In this document: in pieces, positions 40,622-52,831 of the stretch
How positions within the stretch are numbered: position 1 is the first letter of the stretch
Layout of the letters: every line of letters starts with the position of its first letter
Assembly: GCA_045837725.1 (NCBI GenBank)
Contig: JBEWZL010000011.1
Location: forward strand, 248,001-312,000
Direction: 5' to 3'
DNA: 64,000 nucleotides
DNA from: Vermamoeba vermiformis
Taxonomy: Eukaryota
Translations under genes and position numbers: made by a program
Notes under the pieces: generated by a model
The model's input: the letters and a program-made list of their open reading frames with translations, nothing else
Told to the model about the DNA's origin: nothing
Database searches by the model: none

Positions 40622-43600
40622 ATGGATTATACACATTTAACAGCCTATTCTCAACAGCCTGTTGAATTATTTAACGAAGATCCTCAAATTGTTCGTCCTG
40701 CAAGCGAAACCGTTTATTCAGATCCCGACAATGAAGCTACCCACAACGATGGCGTAGATCCTTGTGAGTATATCTAATATTTTGAATAAGACACCGTTTT
40801 TTTGAATTTGAAATCCGTTTCGTTAGATGCGAGTCAACAAGTTTACGACGCGTACGCCGCTGAACTCCGTGCTAGCAATAAAATTTATGAAGCCGAAAAG
40901 GATAATGGGGCCCTTAGTCTATCGGACATAAAGCAATCGTTGGAGACTACCTACGCGTCCGCGGATCCCTATTTCGAAGCCCAAATCACGTTAGTAGCTC
41001 TATCTAAACAAATACCTAATTAACCATGGTTGGATATATTAGAGATAATGATGACGCGGATAAAGATGACGGAGACTCGAGCGAATCCGAAGAAGACCTG
41101 AAATCAGGCGTATCTAAGCCTGAGCCTACTTCTTTCTCCGTCAAAGACTGGAACGCTGAATTTCAACAGCTACTTCAAGCGGAGGATGATTATGATAAGT
41201 TTGTTAATCTTGGCAAGCTTGCCCAGGAGTTTGGTACGTGACACATCCGGATCTTTTTAGCCGTAGGCGCTAATTAAGTCATTACTATAGTCTATACTGC
41301 TCAGACATATGGTCGGGTGATTATATCTGAGTTATCGGTACCCGTTCAGAACAAAACAATCAAGCCGACCTCGATCGGAGGTGCAGCAGGCGGTGAGAAG
41401 TACATCGTCAACGGAATTTTATTCAAATTTGCTCTTGATTTCAACGGCATTTACGGAGGCGATGAGAATGCTGCTAAAGCTGCGGGACATGACTTGAAGG
41501 TAACGCGCGATCCAAAAATCTTAAAATAGCCTACCGTTGCAAATCTCCTTCGAATCAATTTTGTGGCTCATTATGATTAATATTAACTAATATGGCGTTT
41601 AGGGCTCGATTCATTTCTTCCTAGCGGGTGAAGCTGGTCTGCATCTGCCTTTGATGGCGCTAATCAATTACATGGGCTTTTGTTTGGTCGCTGTAAGGAT
41701 TGAATAATATAATATCATTATATACTAATTGTCATCGCAGATGTCGCTATTGCCTATCTCATCTAAGACCTTGAAGGTAAGTTCGATCGAGGATCCTGCT
41801 TTTTTCTAACATTTCCTTTTATAGTATGGAAGCTCTGACAGCGGTGTGACTGTACATGTAGACGACGATACCTTGTTCACTAAGATGGCTGACACTGCTA
41901 AGAGGCTTAATCTTAAAGGCCATCACGTTGGCGCTCTTTCGTCTTCCATGAGGTTAATTTATGGACCTGGAGATCTCGAAGGACATTTAGGCAACGTACG
42001 TTATACTTATCACTTATGTATATTAATATTAGTACCTACTCACCAACGGTAATATAGGACGGTCGATATTATGTTATTGACTTTGCAAGGTTGTTCCCGC
42101 CAGAGGCGCCTATTGACAACAGGTAACGGATCCAAAAACAATTTTTTTTTATTCCAAAATTAGTTTCTTTCCGTTACTAATATAATATTTATCGATTAGT
42201 AAAGAGAAAGGTCGAATTTTGTACAAACTTCTGCGACCTGAACTTGTCGCAACCAACTCGGTCCCCCTGTCATCTGATGCATTTACCGGTATGCACCTAA
42301 ATCGAGATTTCACCATACAATGCGTGACGCTAATTATAGCTCTCAGGCTGGGCTGTTCTTGATAAGCAACATGGTCCTGAGAATAATAAGGAAGTGTTGG
42401 AGTGCACGAAAAGACTGCTGTTCGAAGTGATCCCTGCATTCGCTGAAGAACTGAAAACTCGCGACATCACTTATGACGCGGCAATATACACCAATTTACC
42501 TTCAGAGTTACATCGATGCGGTACGATCACGATGAATTTCCTTATTTGGTAATTGAAGGCTAACGCCATAACTAAACAGGAATTAACGTTCGTTACGCGG
42601 GCCACGTGCGAAGACTTCTCCGAGATACCACTTGGAGCACTATCTTTCTCTCATTTATCGTAAGCCATAAGCTAGTTTCCTTATTTGGCAAGTCAGACTA
42701 ATGAGTTTGCAGATCTCGCGAACAGTTTCGAGTATTATCCGAAAGAAGTGGCGTAAAATCATTTCTACGTCCAAATACATCACCGAACAGAAGTGCAAAG
42801 AGATTGCCATTGAAGTCCTCAATCACACCTTTGTGTCGTCAGTGCCTGGCTACAATGCATTCGTGACCGGAAAACTCCGCAAAATCATGAACCGAAAGTT
42901 CAAATTTGCCCTTTTTGATGACGAGAACGTAGAAGTAAGACTACTATTAACAATTAGTACTTAGCACTGTACTTACTATTACCTTACTTTAGGACTTTGA
43001 TTTTGTCGAGTCTTGTTTCAAGGATTATTCGCCCGGTCGTTTGGCGTGCTTAAAAAACATTGCCATGCAATTGGGCCTGGAACTCAGTACCATGGGCGAG
43101 AAGTCGCTGAGGCAAGTTAAACGAGAACAGGTTTTTTTAAGTTCCAAAAACTGATGATCTTTCTTAGTAATGAAAATGCCGCGTTGGTTCGTCGTGATAT
43201 TGTTGCTATTCACCCACGTGTCAAGCATATGAATGTCATTGGTACGTACAAAGCAGCGACGTGTCAAAAGTGTCAAAAAATAATTAACTTTGTTTATTTC
43301 AGATATCGCTGAGGCACAAGAAATGCTCTATTCAGCCATTTATGGTGACGGCGCAAAGGCCCATTTTGAGCACATTACTGAGTACTTCTCAAACACGGTC
43401 AGAAATGCTCCTCATTTGGTGGTACGAAACTTCCTTTTTTTATTCATGAACGAGCCGAAAAATAACATCTTTTGCAGAAATATCAATTAGACTTTGTTTT
43501 GAAAGGTTCGAGAACTTATCGCAAAAGGGCTAAAATGGGAGTGCTTGACAGTCGAACTGTTGCAATGGTAGGTCTCAAAAATGACACGTGTCAACTGATA

Positions 43601-45712
43601 ATTTTTTCTCGGAGTGAAAAAATTCGAACACCAATCTAACCGAATAATATACAGAATGCTGCGTATATGTCAACGCTGCTCACTGGCTTATTTACAAATG
43701 AACGGGACAACAAAATGAAATTTCTTTTGGCACTTGAACGAGCCAAAATTCAGCGACTAGGAATTTTGATTACTACAAAATTTGAGGACATGGGAAATTT
43801 TTCACTGTACCATACGATCAAAGAATTGTGCGGATTGGATTCTGATGGCTATCATGGCTTAGAGATTTATTTGGACACTTCGGCTCATTTTTATCATATT
43901 GGCAAACCTGATTTTACGCAGAAAGATTATCTTTGTAGCTTATTCAATGTAAGATTAAGTTACCAAATAAGGAAATTCAGTCATTATACAATACTCATTT
44001 TTATTTACAGAAAGCGGAAGAAAAGTTCATGGACGATACGAAATTTCAACTCATTGCCATTCGATATTACTTATTCCGCGCCGTATTCTTCGATGAAGAT
44101 TATTCGGATAAAATTATCTCGTTGTTTAACGTAAGAACAAAATTTTATCAATTTTATTATTGAGCGGATCTCGGCTAACTTTTTTCGCTTCAGGGAATTC
44201 CAAAACCGGATCAATATTTTCCTAAGCTATTGAATACTACGAAATTGGCGTTTTTGAACCACAAGCAATTCGATTACGAACAATTCAGCAAGATCTTGGC
44301 CATTGCTAGATCCATTCCCAAATTTTCCTCGTTGTTGCAGCAAGTCGTGGTGGTCGAAAGAAGTTTAACTATTCAGTCGGTCAATGAGGACCAGTTGGAA
44401 TTTCTTAAGAACCTCACTCCTAATAGCGGTTTCGTTTCCCTGAAAATCAAAGGAGGTGAACAGTAAGTCAAAAAATTTCCTTTTTAGGAACAGGACATTA
44501 TATTAACTGCGATTACAACAGAAATGCAGTTGCCGTTGATTTGCTAGGCCATTATTTGGCAAAGTCAGGTGACTTGACTTATTTGGAAATGGAGGAGTTC
44601 CCAGAACTACCAGCAAAAGTAATCGCGTGCATTGAAAGCAAGAAGATTAAGCATTTGAAGTTGTTGCAAGTGGGTCCTGCTCAAGTACTAGCGTCAACGA
44701 TCAAAATTTTAGCGCCAAATTTGGAATCGTTCGCTCTCGGCGAAACGGATTTGACGCAAGATCAGCTTTTGGAATTATTAGCTGCGTTGCCTGTCGGCTT
44801 AAAACAGCTACGATTGTCCTCATCAAAGATTAATCACGACCTATTGGCGGCACCAGAGCTCTCAGAACTTTTGAACAACGTTTTGGAGTTGGATCTGACC
44901 AATTGCACAGCGATCAATACGGAGGCTGTAGCTATGCTAACAAGACTTCAAAACATGCACCGATTGGTCCTTACTGGTTGCACCGGCATCTCCGATAATG
45001 ATTTCTATGCCACGATTTATCTGGTGCAGTCGAAGTCGTTGTTACAAGTCGTAACTCATCACGGTAACTCCGGATCTGGATCTTGTTTTTCAAAGCTTTT
45101 TCTAACGTTTGTTATTACAGGAGACGTCTTGGAGTATCAAAACGATTATAGAAAAGTCTATATTAACAGAATTGCTAATAATACACAGTATATTATTAAA
45201 GCAGCTTCTTCAGAGGTAAATTTCCAGTTTGACGAACGAATCCGAACCGAACCTGACTTTTCTTTATTTAGACACTAGCAGCTTATCATTTTAAGCCATC
45301 GTTTCAAAATTTCGTCTTTTCTGACAGTAACAACCGGCTATCAATATTCATAACAAAAACAGCTTTGGAAAAATCGATCAAGATCCACGGACAAGCTTTT
45401 GGTAATATCAATAGTATAATGATTGCTGTATTATTATCGAACATAATACATATTAAGTATTCAAGTTTCGCTTTTGTGGATGCGTTCCCAAAAATATTTA
45501 TTAATTTTATTTTTGTAGCGACTATTCGAACTTCGGGCGCCACTATGCCCGTAGTGGTTGGAAAAATGCTCATGAACGTTAATCCTGCACTAATGACGGT
45601 AAATTTCCCTGGTGGCATGTATTTCAAGCAAACGAATACCATTCAATTCGCTCCTGGCACTTGCATTACCCTCGCTTTGCCCGTATTCGGTGCAATAACG
45701 CAATCTCTTTAA
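40622..45712 (+). CDS. CLU (clustered mitochondria)-domain protein with C-terminal LRRs; multi-exon
   Basis: DWNAEFQ, GGAAGGEKY...GILFKFA, AAKAAGHDLKG, YGPGDLEGH.G.DGRYYVIDFARLFPP, LLRPELV and ELHRCGINVRY. LRR at 44541-45060. Confidence 0.85.
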
Positions 45713-45842
45713 GAACTTCGGATAATAATTTCAAACTGAGCCGGGAAGCTCGTCATAATCACTTTTTTAATTGCGAATGTACTTGTAACGAAAATTTTTT
45801 AATCGAATGTATTTTTTATTATTACCATAAAAGGTAAACAAT

Positions 45843-46703
45843 TTAACTAGTACAAGATTTACATCGGAATCCTTCTCGAATGCAATCGAAGCAGTAAATG
45901 CCGTTACAAAGTTCGCATCGTTCCTCGCAGTCTTCACAATAAGTTCTACCACATTGCTGACAATTGCTATGTTCCGCCGAATTATTGCAGAGTTGACATT
46001 CGAGCGTCAAAGAGCACATCCGATCTGGGATCTGAGAACACTTATTGCAAACACGATGATTTCCGCATCTCTCGCTGCAATCTACGCATACATTGGACCC
46101 ACAAGAACAACAGACAATCTTGTGCTGGTGGCATGCATGCCGTTTCTCATCGGATCCACATCCGCATTGAAATTCAACCAATCGGTGACGGCAAGTGTGA
46201 GCACAATAATAACAAGACAACTGTTCGTCGCATAATTTGCATACGGTAATGAGGTCCATTCCTGGGCAATTGCTCAAACAGGCTTTACACACGAATGAGT
46301 GACACGTCTCGCACTGTTGAACGCAAAACATACAAACTGGACTATTGCAGCTTGGAACCTCACAACTGTGCTTCGTATATTCGTAGCAGCCCCTGCTGCA
46401 AATGAAATAACTCCGTATGTACAAGCGTTTCGGATCCTGACACTTTCGTAAGTAATAATTCTTCAACAAGAATTTTAGTTTACTTACTGTATAAAAATCT
46501 GTCTTCGTATATTTTAATCCCCTGCGTTGCGATTCGAGTTGCTTCCAAAAATCTTCTTCGATCTTGCGAAATTTGTGGCTGACTGATCCGAGGCGACTAA
46601 CAGCTTTAATTGAGTCCAATAAATCTTGCATGTCGCTGCTTTTATTGAACTTCCATAAGAATCCCAAAATAACGCTACGAGTTTCGATCGGCGTTTCTTC
46701 CAT
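45843..46703 (-). CDS. Intronless Cys-rich protein with many CxxC zinc-binding motifs
   Basis: 286-aa ORF whose C-terminal 180 aa consist of repeated CxxC/CxxH pairs. Confidence 0.75.
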   Translation of the reverse strand: MEETPIETRSVILGFLWKFNKSSDMQDLLDSIKAVSRLGSVSHKFRKIEEDFWKQLESQRRGLKYTKTDFYTVSKLKFLLKNYYLRKCQDPKRLYIRSYFICSRGCYEYTKHSCEVPSCNSPVCMFCVQQCETCHSFVCKACLSNCPGMDLITVCKLCDEQLSCYYCAHTCRHRLVEFQCGCGSDEKRHACHQHKIVCCSCGSNVCVDCSERCGNHRVCNKCSQIPDRMCSLTLECQLCNNSAEHSNCQQCGRTYCEDCEERCELCNGIYCFDCIREGFRCKSCTS

Positions 46704-46912
46704 TCTTTCTTTGTCTACAACAATAATAGAATCATCAAGTAGCGTATTCGTGTTCGTGTCATCATATTATTATTGTTTGTATTCGATATAAATAGTTGTT
46801 TTTGGTCCATTCTTGTAGGCAAAGAATTGACTTGTTTTGGTAATAGAATCGATTGGTTCCATAGATGAACATCATATCACAATAGTACTTGATCGGACAA
46901 GCTTATATTAAT

Positions 46913-48316
46913 ATGAACGAAGATCCAGAAATTACTGTGGAAGAAGTAAAAGCCACGTCATGCTGTCTAAAAATCGAGTTTCAAGCGAACTGTATCCAAA
47001 AAATTATGATAATGCAAAAGAAAAGCAAAGACAATTGGCAGAATATTCTGGAAAAGAAGATCGAGGATGAAAAAATCTCTGAAATAATTCAGGAAATTAG
47101 TAATTTAGATCCCGCAACAAAATATAAATTTCAAGCTATTTTAACAACTAAAGATGGCAAAATAATCCAACTTGACGAAGTAAGAATTATAACAAAAGGT
47201 TCGGGCCAAGATCTTGCGCTTTCTTTAAAGATTGTTTATTAATCTTGCATATATTTAGAGCATAGTGGTATTAAATTATCAGAAGAAAATATTAATTTAA
47301 TGAAAACTACTTGTGGTGAAAAAAGAAAGCTACGGATCGTATTCGTTGGCCCAAAAAGCAGCGGAAAGACCTCAATAATCAATTCAATAGCGTCAATATT
47401 AAGTAGAGACCATATAACACCTATTTCAAACGACAAATCAGCCGAAAATTCTCGAGCAACTTCGGATGTAGCACATCCAAATACGACCATTACTTTAGTT
47501 GAATATAATGGCTTATTTGACCAATCAAAAAATGATACATATGATCTAAATTCCTTCATTCACGGATTAATACCCGAAAACGCACTACTAAATGACGCCT
47601 CCCAAAGTACGTTTTCGATCAGATCTGGATTCGATTTAGTACGACTTACTTTCTTTTTCAGGTCATGTCGCAATTTGTTTTGATAATACTGAACAACGAA
47701 AACTAGACGCTATTGTTATAGTCGTACCAGCTACAGAGTCCAAAGGCAACTTGGACCACATCCGTCAATACTTACTTTTAGCGAACAAAGCAGGTAAGCT
47801 ACTGTCCCTATAATAATATTTCTATTCTTAAGGTGTATATAATAACATATTATATTAGCAATCAAATCGGTTGTGTTCGTAACGAAGGTGGATCTGCTTA
47901 CGGAACAAACAGCCGTTACAAGCATCGTTAACGCTATGGTTGAGCGAAATATTCCCAAAGAATTAATATACCATACTATGGCTTTGAATATAGACCATGA
48001 TTCGGATGCAGATCTGCAAGCCAAGCCACTTTTATTAGCGATGAAATACTTGACTCAAAATTCAATTGAAAAACAACGCGGACTACGAGTGCTAATGAGA
48101 CAAAAAGACAAAGAAATATTTAAACGATGTTATATAGAGGGCAATAAGAGCTATATCAACCTCTTGGAACTTATTTGCAAGACTTTTGTTTTGACACATC
48201 CACCGTTGAACATTTACGAGCTCAAAAATGGCATTAAAATAGCTATCGATATCGATAATGATGTCAAAGAATTAAAAGAAGATGCGATGATAGAATTTGA
48301 AGTCAATAGCAAGTGA
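46913..48316 (+). CDS. FN3-like + IFI44-like P-loop GTPase + C-terminal ubiquitin-like/PB1-like domain
   Basis: FN3-like NLDPATKYKF. GTPase motifs LRIVFVGPKSSGKTSIINSI, DLNSFIHGLIPE, VVFVTKVD and NIPKELI are collinear with IFI44/IFI44L motifs as recalled. Confidence 0.7.
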
Positions 48317-48340
48317 TACGAGCAATAAATAACATTATCG

Positions 48341-48635
48341 AAAAATACTGCTAATCTAGCACGCAGTGCTTCGCCTAGTTCACGCCAATTGCTTGGTCGT
48401 AGTGCTTACTTGACTCCTTCAATACGCGCACTACCTCAATGCACCTCCTAAGGTGGCATTAACGGGCGATGATAGATCTATAAGAAGGCCAACAAAGATA
48501 ACCGATCTGCACGGGTCAGCTGACGAGAATGAAAGCTTGAAGGCTGACAAATTATAATTGCTCCCTCTAGGGTGGGGAGGAAATTAACTGAAGAAGGTTG
48601 CGCGAGTTATCCGAGCTCTACCAGCTTCGCTAGAC
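48341..48635 (-). ncRNA. Candidate ~295-nt structured non-coding RNA (family unassigned)
   Basis: GC-richer island between gene ends, with a terminal stem and six internal stems. A-box-like TAGCGAAGCTGG at the 5' end and TTTTT at the 3' end. G-U pairs favour the minus strand. Confidence 0.5.
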
Positions 48636-49179
48636 GTGTTTGTTTTGCAAACAAGCAAGATCCAATTAGATCTAAATAACAGTCAATCCAAACTGTACAT
48701 AAAGATTTTAAACAAAAGCGAATTTATATAGTTATTTACTACTGCAAATAAATATTTGCTTTGGTTACTTTGCTGATCTTTTGGTAGATTGGTAAATTAT
48801 CGCGATCTAGAAAACAATTCAAAATAAAACGATTTTTATCAATTCATTAATAAACTTTAATAAATAATTTACCTTCTTGATACGAGCCCTAGTGTTGTTC
48901 ATGATGCGGAGAAAACGGAACCAAACTTTTTTTATTTTGTACCTAACGAACAAAAATGGTGTTGCGATAATGAAAAAGAGAGGCAAGGTGACCAAAGGCA
49001 AAATAACCTCTAAAGGAAAACCCGGGCCACCAATTGATCCAAGACTAAGCCTCAAACGGTCATTCTAGAACAAGCAGTAAAGCTCCATATTGTTATTACC
49101 GTTCACTTACGAATTTAAAATGAAATAACATGTAGCAGCGAAGACTATTCAGTCGACAAATAATATTTATTTATTGATT

Positions 49180-50340
49180 ATTTGGTGCTATCCGTTGCGA
49201 GCAAATTAAATTATTGGGATAACCTGGATCGTGCCATCTCTGTCCCTGTAACTTACAACCCTGATTTTTAGTATTAATTTGAGTATTAAATATATGTATC
49301 ATTATATGCGCATATATTGACTTACCCTATGGCATTGGGAGTTTCGTACTCCTAAGAAGATAAACCGGATGTGCGGATCAACCATTTGACTGATGCGCAT
49401 TGGTGGTGTTTTGAAGTAGAAAGGACTGTCGTTCGAGGTAAAATGCTAATCGTTCGATCTACGTTAGAATATGACGCCAGTCACCATCAGAGGTTCGCTT
49501 GGTGGATTCGTGCCACGATCCACAACCACAACGTTATTTTGGCTTCTGCATGCCTCGCGCTTAACACTCTTGCCTTATCGGGCATTCCGCCTGCGTTGCT
49601 GGCTCAGGCACTGATTACCAAGCGATCATGGTAACGGGCTGACCGTTGGTTGGCCTAACAAAATTTGGTTAGGCGTAGTAATCAACACTTTAAAGCTCAA
49701 AAATGTATACAAATCAATAGGTACTGCATTAGTAGCAACGTGCAAAATGACTGTCATTAATGAAAAAAGCCTACCTTTCGAGCGCGATTCAGATCTTCGT
49801 GGGATTAGAGCGAGCACTGTTAATGCTCCTAGCATACTATCCATAATGTGGACTTGCTCAATTACTTCATGAAGTCAATGTGGTATGATTGCTACCGGCT
49901 AGGTTAGCCGCCATCCAGCAGATTCGGAGCACCATACAGAATAGCTCCTATAAAGAGGGAATATTAGCAATATTTAGCGTTGAATTAATAATATTTTACG
50001 GTTATAAATTGCTTTCGAAATAATTTATTTCAATTTCAAAATCCGCTTTGGCCAGTATTGTGACTTACATTTCATTCTGAATATGTCTTGCAAGCTATTC
50101 ATACGATCACTTTACCGCTTAATGATAAATCAGATCTTACGGGTCGCTGCTATTTCGTGTTTAAATTGTAGGAGGACTAAATCTTTTGTTGCGCAAAGGT
50201 TTTTTTCAAAAGCGCCTATCCGTAAATAGGACGCACCACCTATCAATTAGAATTATTCTGTATCTTCTCGTATCCGGCCGGGCAAAGCGAAATCCGGATG
50301 ACGGAATTCTGCAACAACAACAACGAGCAGCTCACCAAGT
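49180..50340 (-). pseudogene. Degraded gene, possibly a trypsin-like protease remnant
   Basis: Splice-site-bounded segments with stops in all frames. Fragments HPDF, KDLVLLQF and GQPVTMIAW* resemble S1 protease segments. Confidence 0.25.
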
Positions 50341-51619
50341 ATAAAAATATATATATATAACAAGAAGAACAGTAGCATATGAAGATAGTTAAGCGGCTAC
50401 TAAATTTCAATTACGTTCCAACGGCACATCTGCGCACCACACACCTCAAAAAATTCGCGCAATATGAAAATACTCACGTAACAATTATTAAATATATTTA
50501 TAGCATATATTCATATTAATTGGGAACCGAGTACGGAAGAACCTATCCTCGGGTCTCTCTATCTGGACAGACGGCAGCCAAGGCATCAATTCCGCAATTA
50601 TAATCGTTTCTGGTGATATTCTCAAGCTATAGTAGCCCGAAGACAATGGTAAGTCCGATCGGACCTAAGATCTTTAAAGATTTTGTTTAACTTCGGGTAT
50701 AAGAAACTACTCGCGGCTTGCGTAACTTAGTCAAATTCGGCTTATCCAGTTCTTGAAGTCGTAAACAAGTATTGGTAAGTTCTTTATCGCATTACAAAAC
50801 ACGCTCTAACTTAACCATAAATTTCTAGCCTGCTCGTCACCAGCTAAACGACCAAAAGCAAGGCTTTAGTAACAATAGCGTGGACTTCTCCTTGCAACAG
50901 CGCAAAGAAATGTAGTATATAGCGCCGCAGAATTAAAATTACGTGGTACAAAACAACGGCAACATCGAAGTTGTTAAGGTAGTTAGCTTCCGAGCATTGA
51001 ACTACTACAAGTCATCAGACATCATTATCAACGAGATAATTACACTACTCACTGAAGGTATGTATGAGGTGCCGTTAGGGCGTTTTGCACGAGCTGCAGT
51101 GTCTCCGTGCTTGTGAGGATCTCCTTACTGACTCGTGGATGCAGATCGCAACTGGGCCGAGATACGCTGCTTCAAATCGATGGAGATAACTACAAGTTCA
51201 AGAGACGAGTGCACCTAGACACGAACAAACGATTTGTTGGCTGCATTGTACAACAAGTGGAGTGTGTTGTTCCTGCATCTGGGCGATCTGTTAAGCGGAT
51301 CGATGGTAAGTTCTATCGAGTCAAAGTGATGCACGAGACTAATCAACGAGCTTTAGAAGTTCCTAATGTTGACTATGAGCCTTTGGAACCGTATCTGAGC
51401 GAGTGTACCAAGCAGCACTTGCACCGACAGAAGGAGTTAACCCAAAAGCGGATCGGATGCAACCAGCTATTGGACAGCGTGTACGAGCAGTTAGTGAAAA
51501 GAAGTCATAGAAACACCAGTATTTGTCACAGAAAGCGATAGAGGAGGCATCAAACGAACCATTGAGCAAGAAGAGCCCGAGCACGTTAGGGAAGATCATT
51601 ATTTTTATTCGCGGAGTGG

Positions 51620-52620
51620 TCGCGAGTGCAACGACAGGACGTCACGTACTTCCTTATCACATCGTGGAATTACATCCCATACAGTGTGCCTGAAACACCC
51701 CGCGAAGAAAGTTAGCTACATTTATGGCAATAAAGAGTTCGCTCTCCGAAGCAACGGATTCAAGTTGGAAACTGCGAGACTACTAAACACATGCATCACC
51801 TCCTGCAAATGGTTAGGCCGTCAAGTGCAAGGATTATGAAGTCGTGGAGCTCAGTCTATCGTTCAGCAACTTGGTGGAACGACGATCTAGAAACGTTTTC
51901 CGAATTAGGAAATTTAACGCTGCACATCTGACGGACAACTTCCTTGGAGGATCACTTCTGCGAGTTGTTTAGAGGCTCTCTCAACTTCGAACATTGTTTT
52001 TTGAAAGAACCGAGTTTGGCGGCACGATCCGAAAGAGTTTCTAAAGATACCCTCCGATCCTGGATCTTAGCGATAACGAGCCACAGGCACTATTCAGGCG
52101 GATACGGACGTGCAATTGTCGTTGGTGGAGCTAAATCTGTCCAGAAACAAGCTAATTGGAGCGATTCCGTTCTTTTGGTTTTGGAACTCTATCCGAGTCA
52201 AAACTTTCTCGAAGGCACCATAGGCATAGGACTGTCAGCAACTCGTTTTAACATGTCTAACGATCACTTCTATGGCAATCTAAGTCGAATTCATGACCGA
52301 AAAGTTGCGTCTTGCGTGCCTCGATCGAGCCATAACGAAAAATTTCAACAACACACTCGACCTCAGCTAGCTACGCCAATTGCATTCTTTGATAGTTTTG
52401 ATCATTTCTTACATTATAATTCGGTATTTATTCCGAATACGAGCCCTCAAAGCTGAACTTTACCGATGCAACGGTAGTAGGGATGCTATTTGTTTGTAAG
52501 GCACCCAGCGATGTAGCGAGATGTAAATCAACTCGTGACGCGAAATAAATTGTCTATAGTCGATTATGCTGCAATACATCCAATGGATGGATGGCGAATA
52601 ATGAGCTAGCTTCGTTGAAG
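51620..52620 (+). pseudogene. Frameshifted plant-type (LxxLxLxxNxLxGxIP) LRR gene
   Basis: Fragments in different frames: LVELNLSRNKLIGAIP, ILDLSDN, SQNFLEGTI, MSNDHFYGNL and TEFGGTI. Many stops. Confidence 0.65.
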
Positions 52621-52831
52621 GTTAAAATTAGTCGTGACTTCGGTCAACTAGTGTTCGCTCCTAAAATAATAAATACGTCTCCCGAATGTGTTGCATATAG
52701 TACGAGTTATTCTATAGAAAGAATCTCTGAGGAAAAGCTTCGGTTTTAGGTTGGCTAGAAAAATTCTGGCTAGCCGTTTGTCCGCCAGTTTTTTGCTTCC
52801 TCCTTTTATTGCAATTTCATTTTGTGAATTT

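Noticed and set aside
48515-48548. GTCAG-CTGACGA-GAAT-GAAA...CTGAC, resembling a minimal type I hammerhead
   Set aside because: Stem II is essentially absent, and the cleavage-site positions read GG rather than UH.
48368-48633. GCTTCGC(C)TAG direct repeat as a TSD around the structured region
   Set aside because: The repeat is imperfect, and its copies lie within or overlap the predicted terminal stem. There is no tail or terminal inverted repeat.
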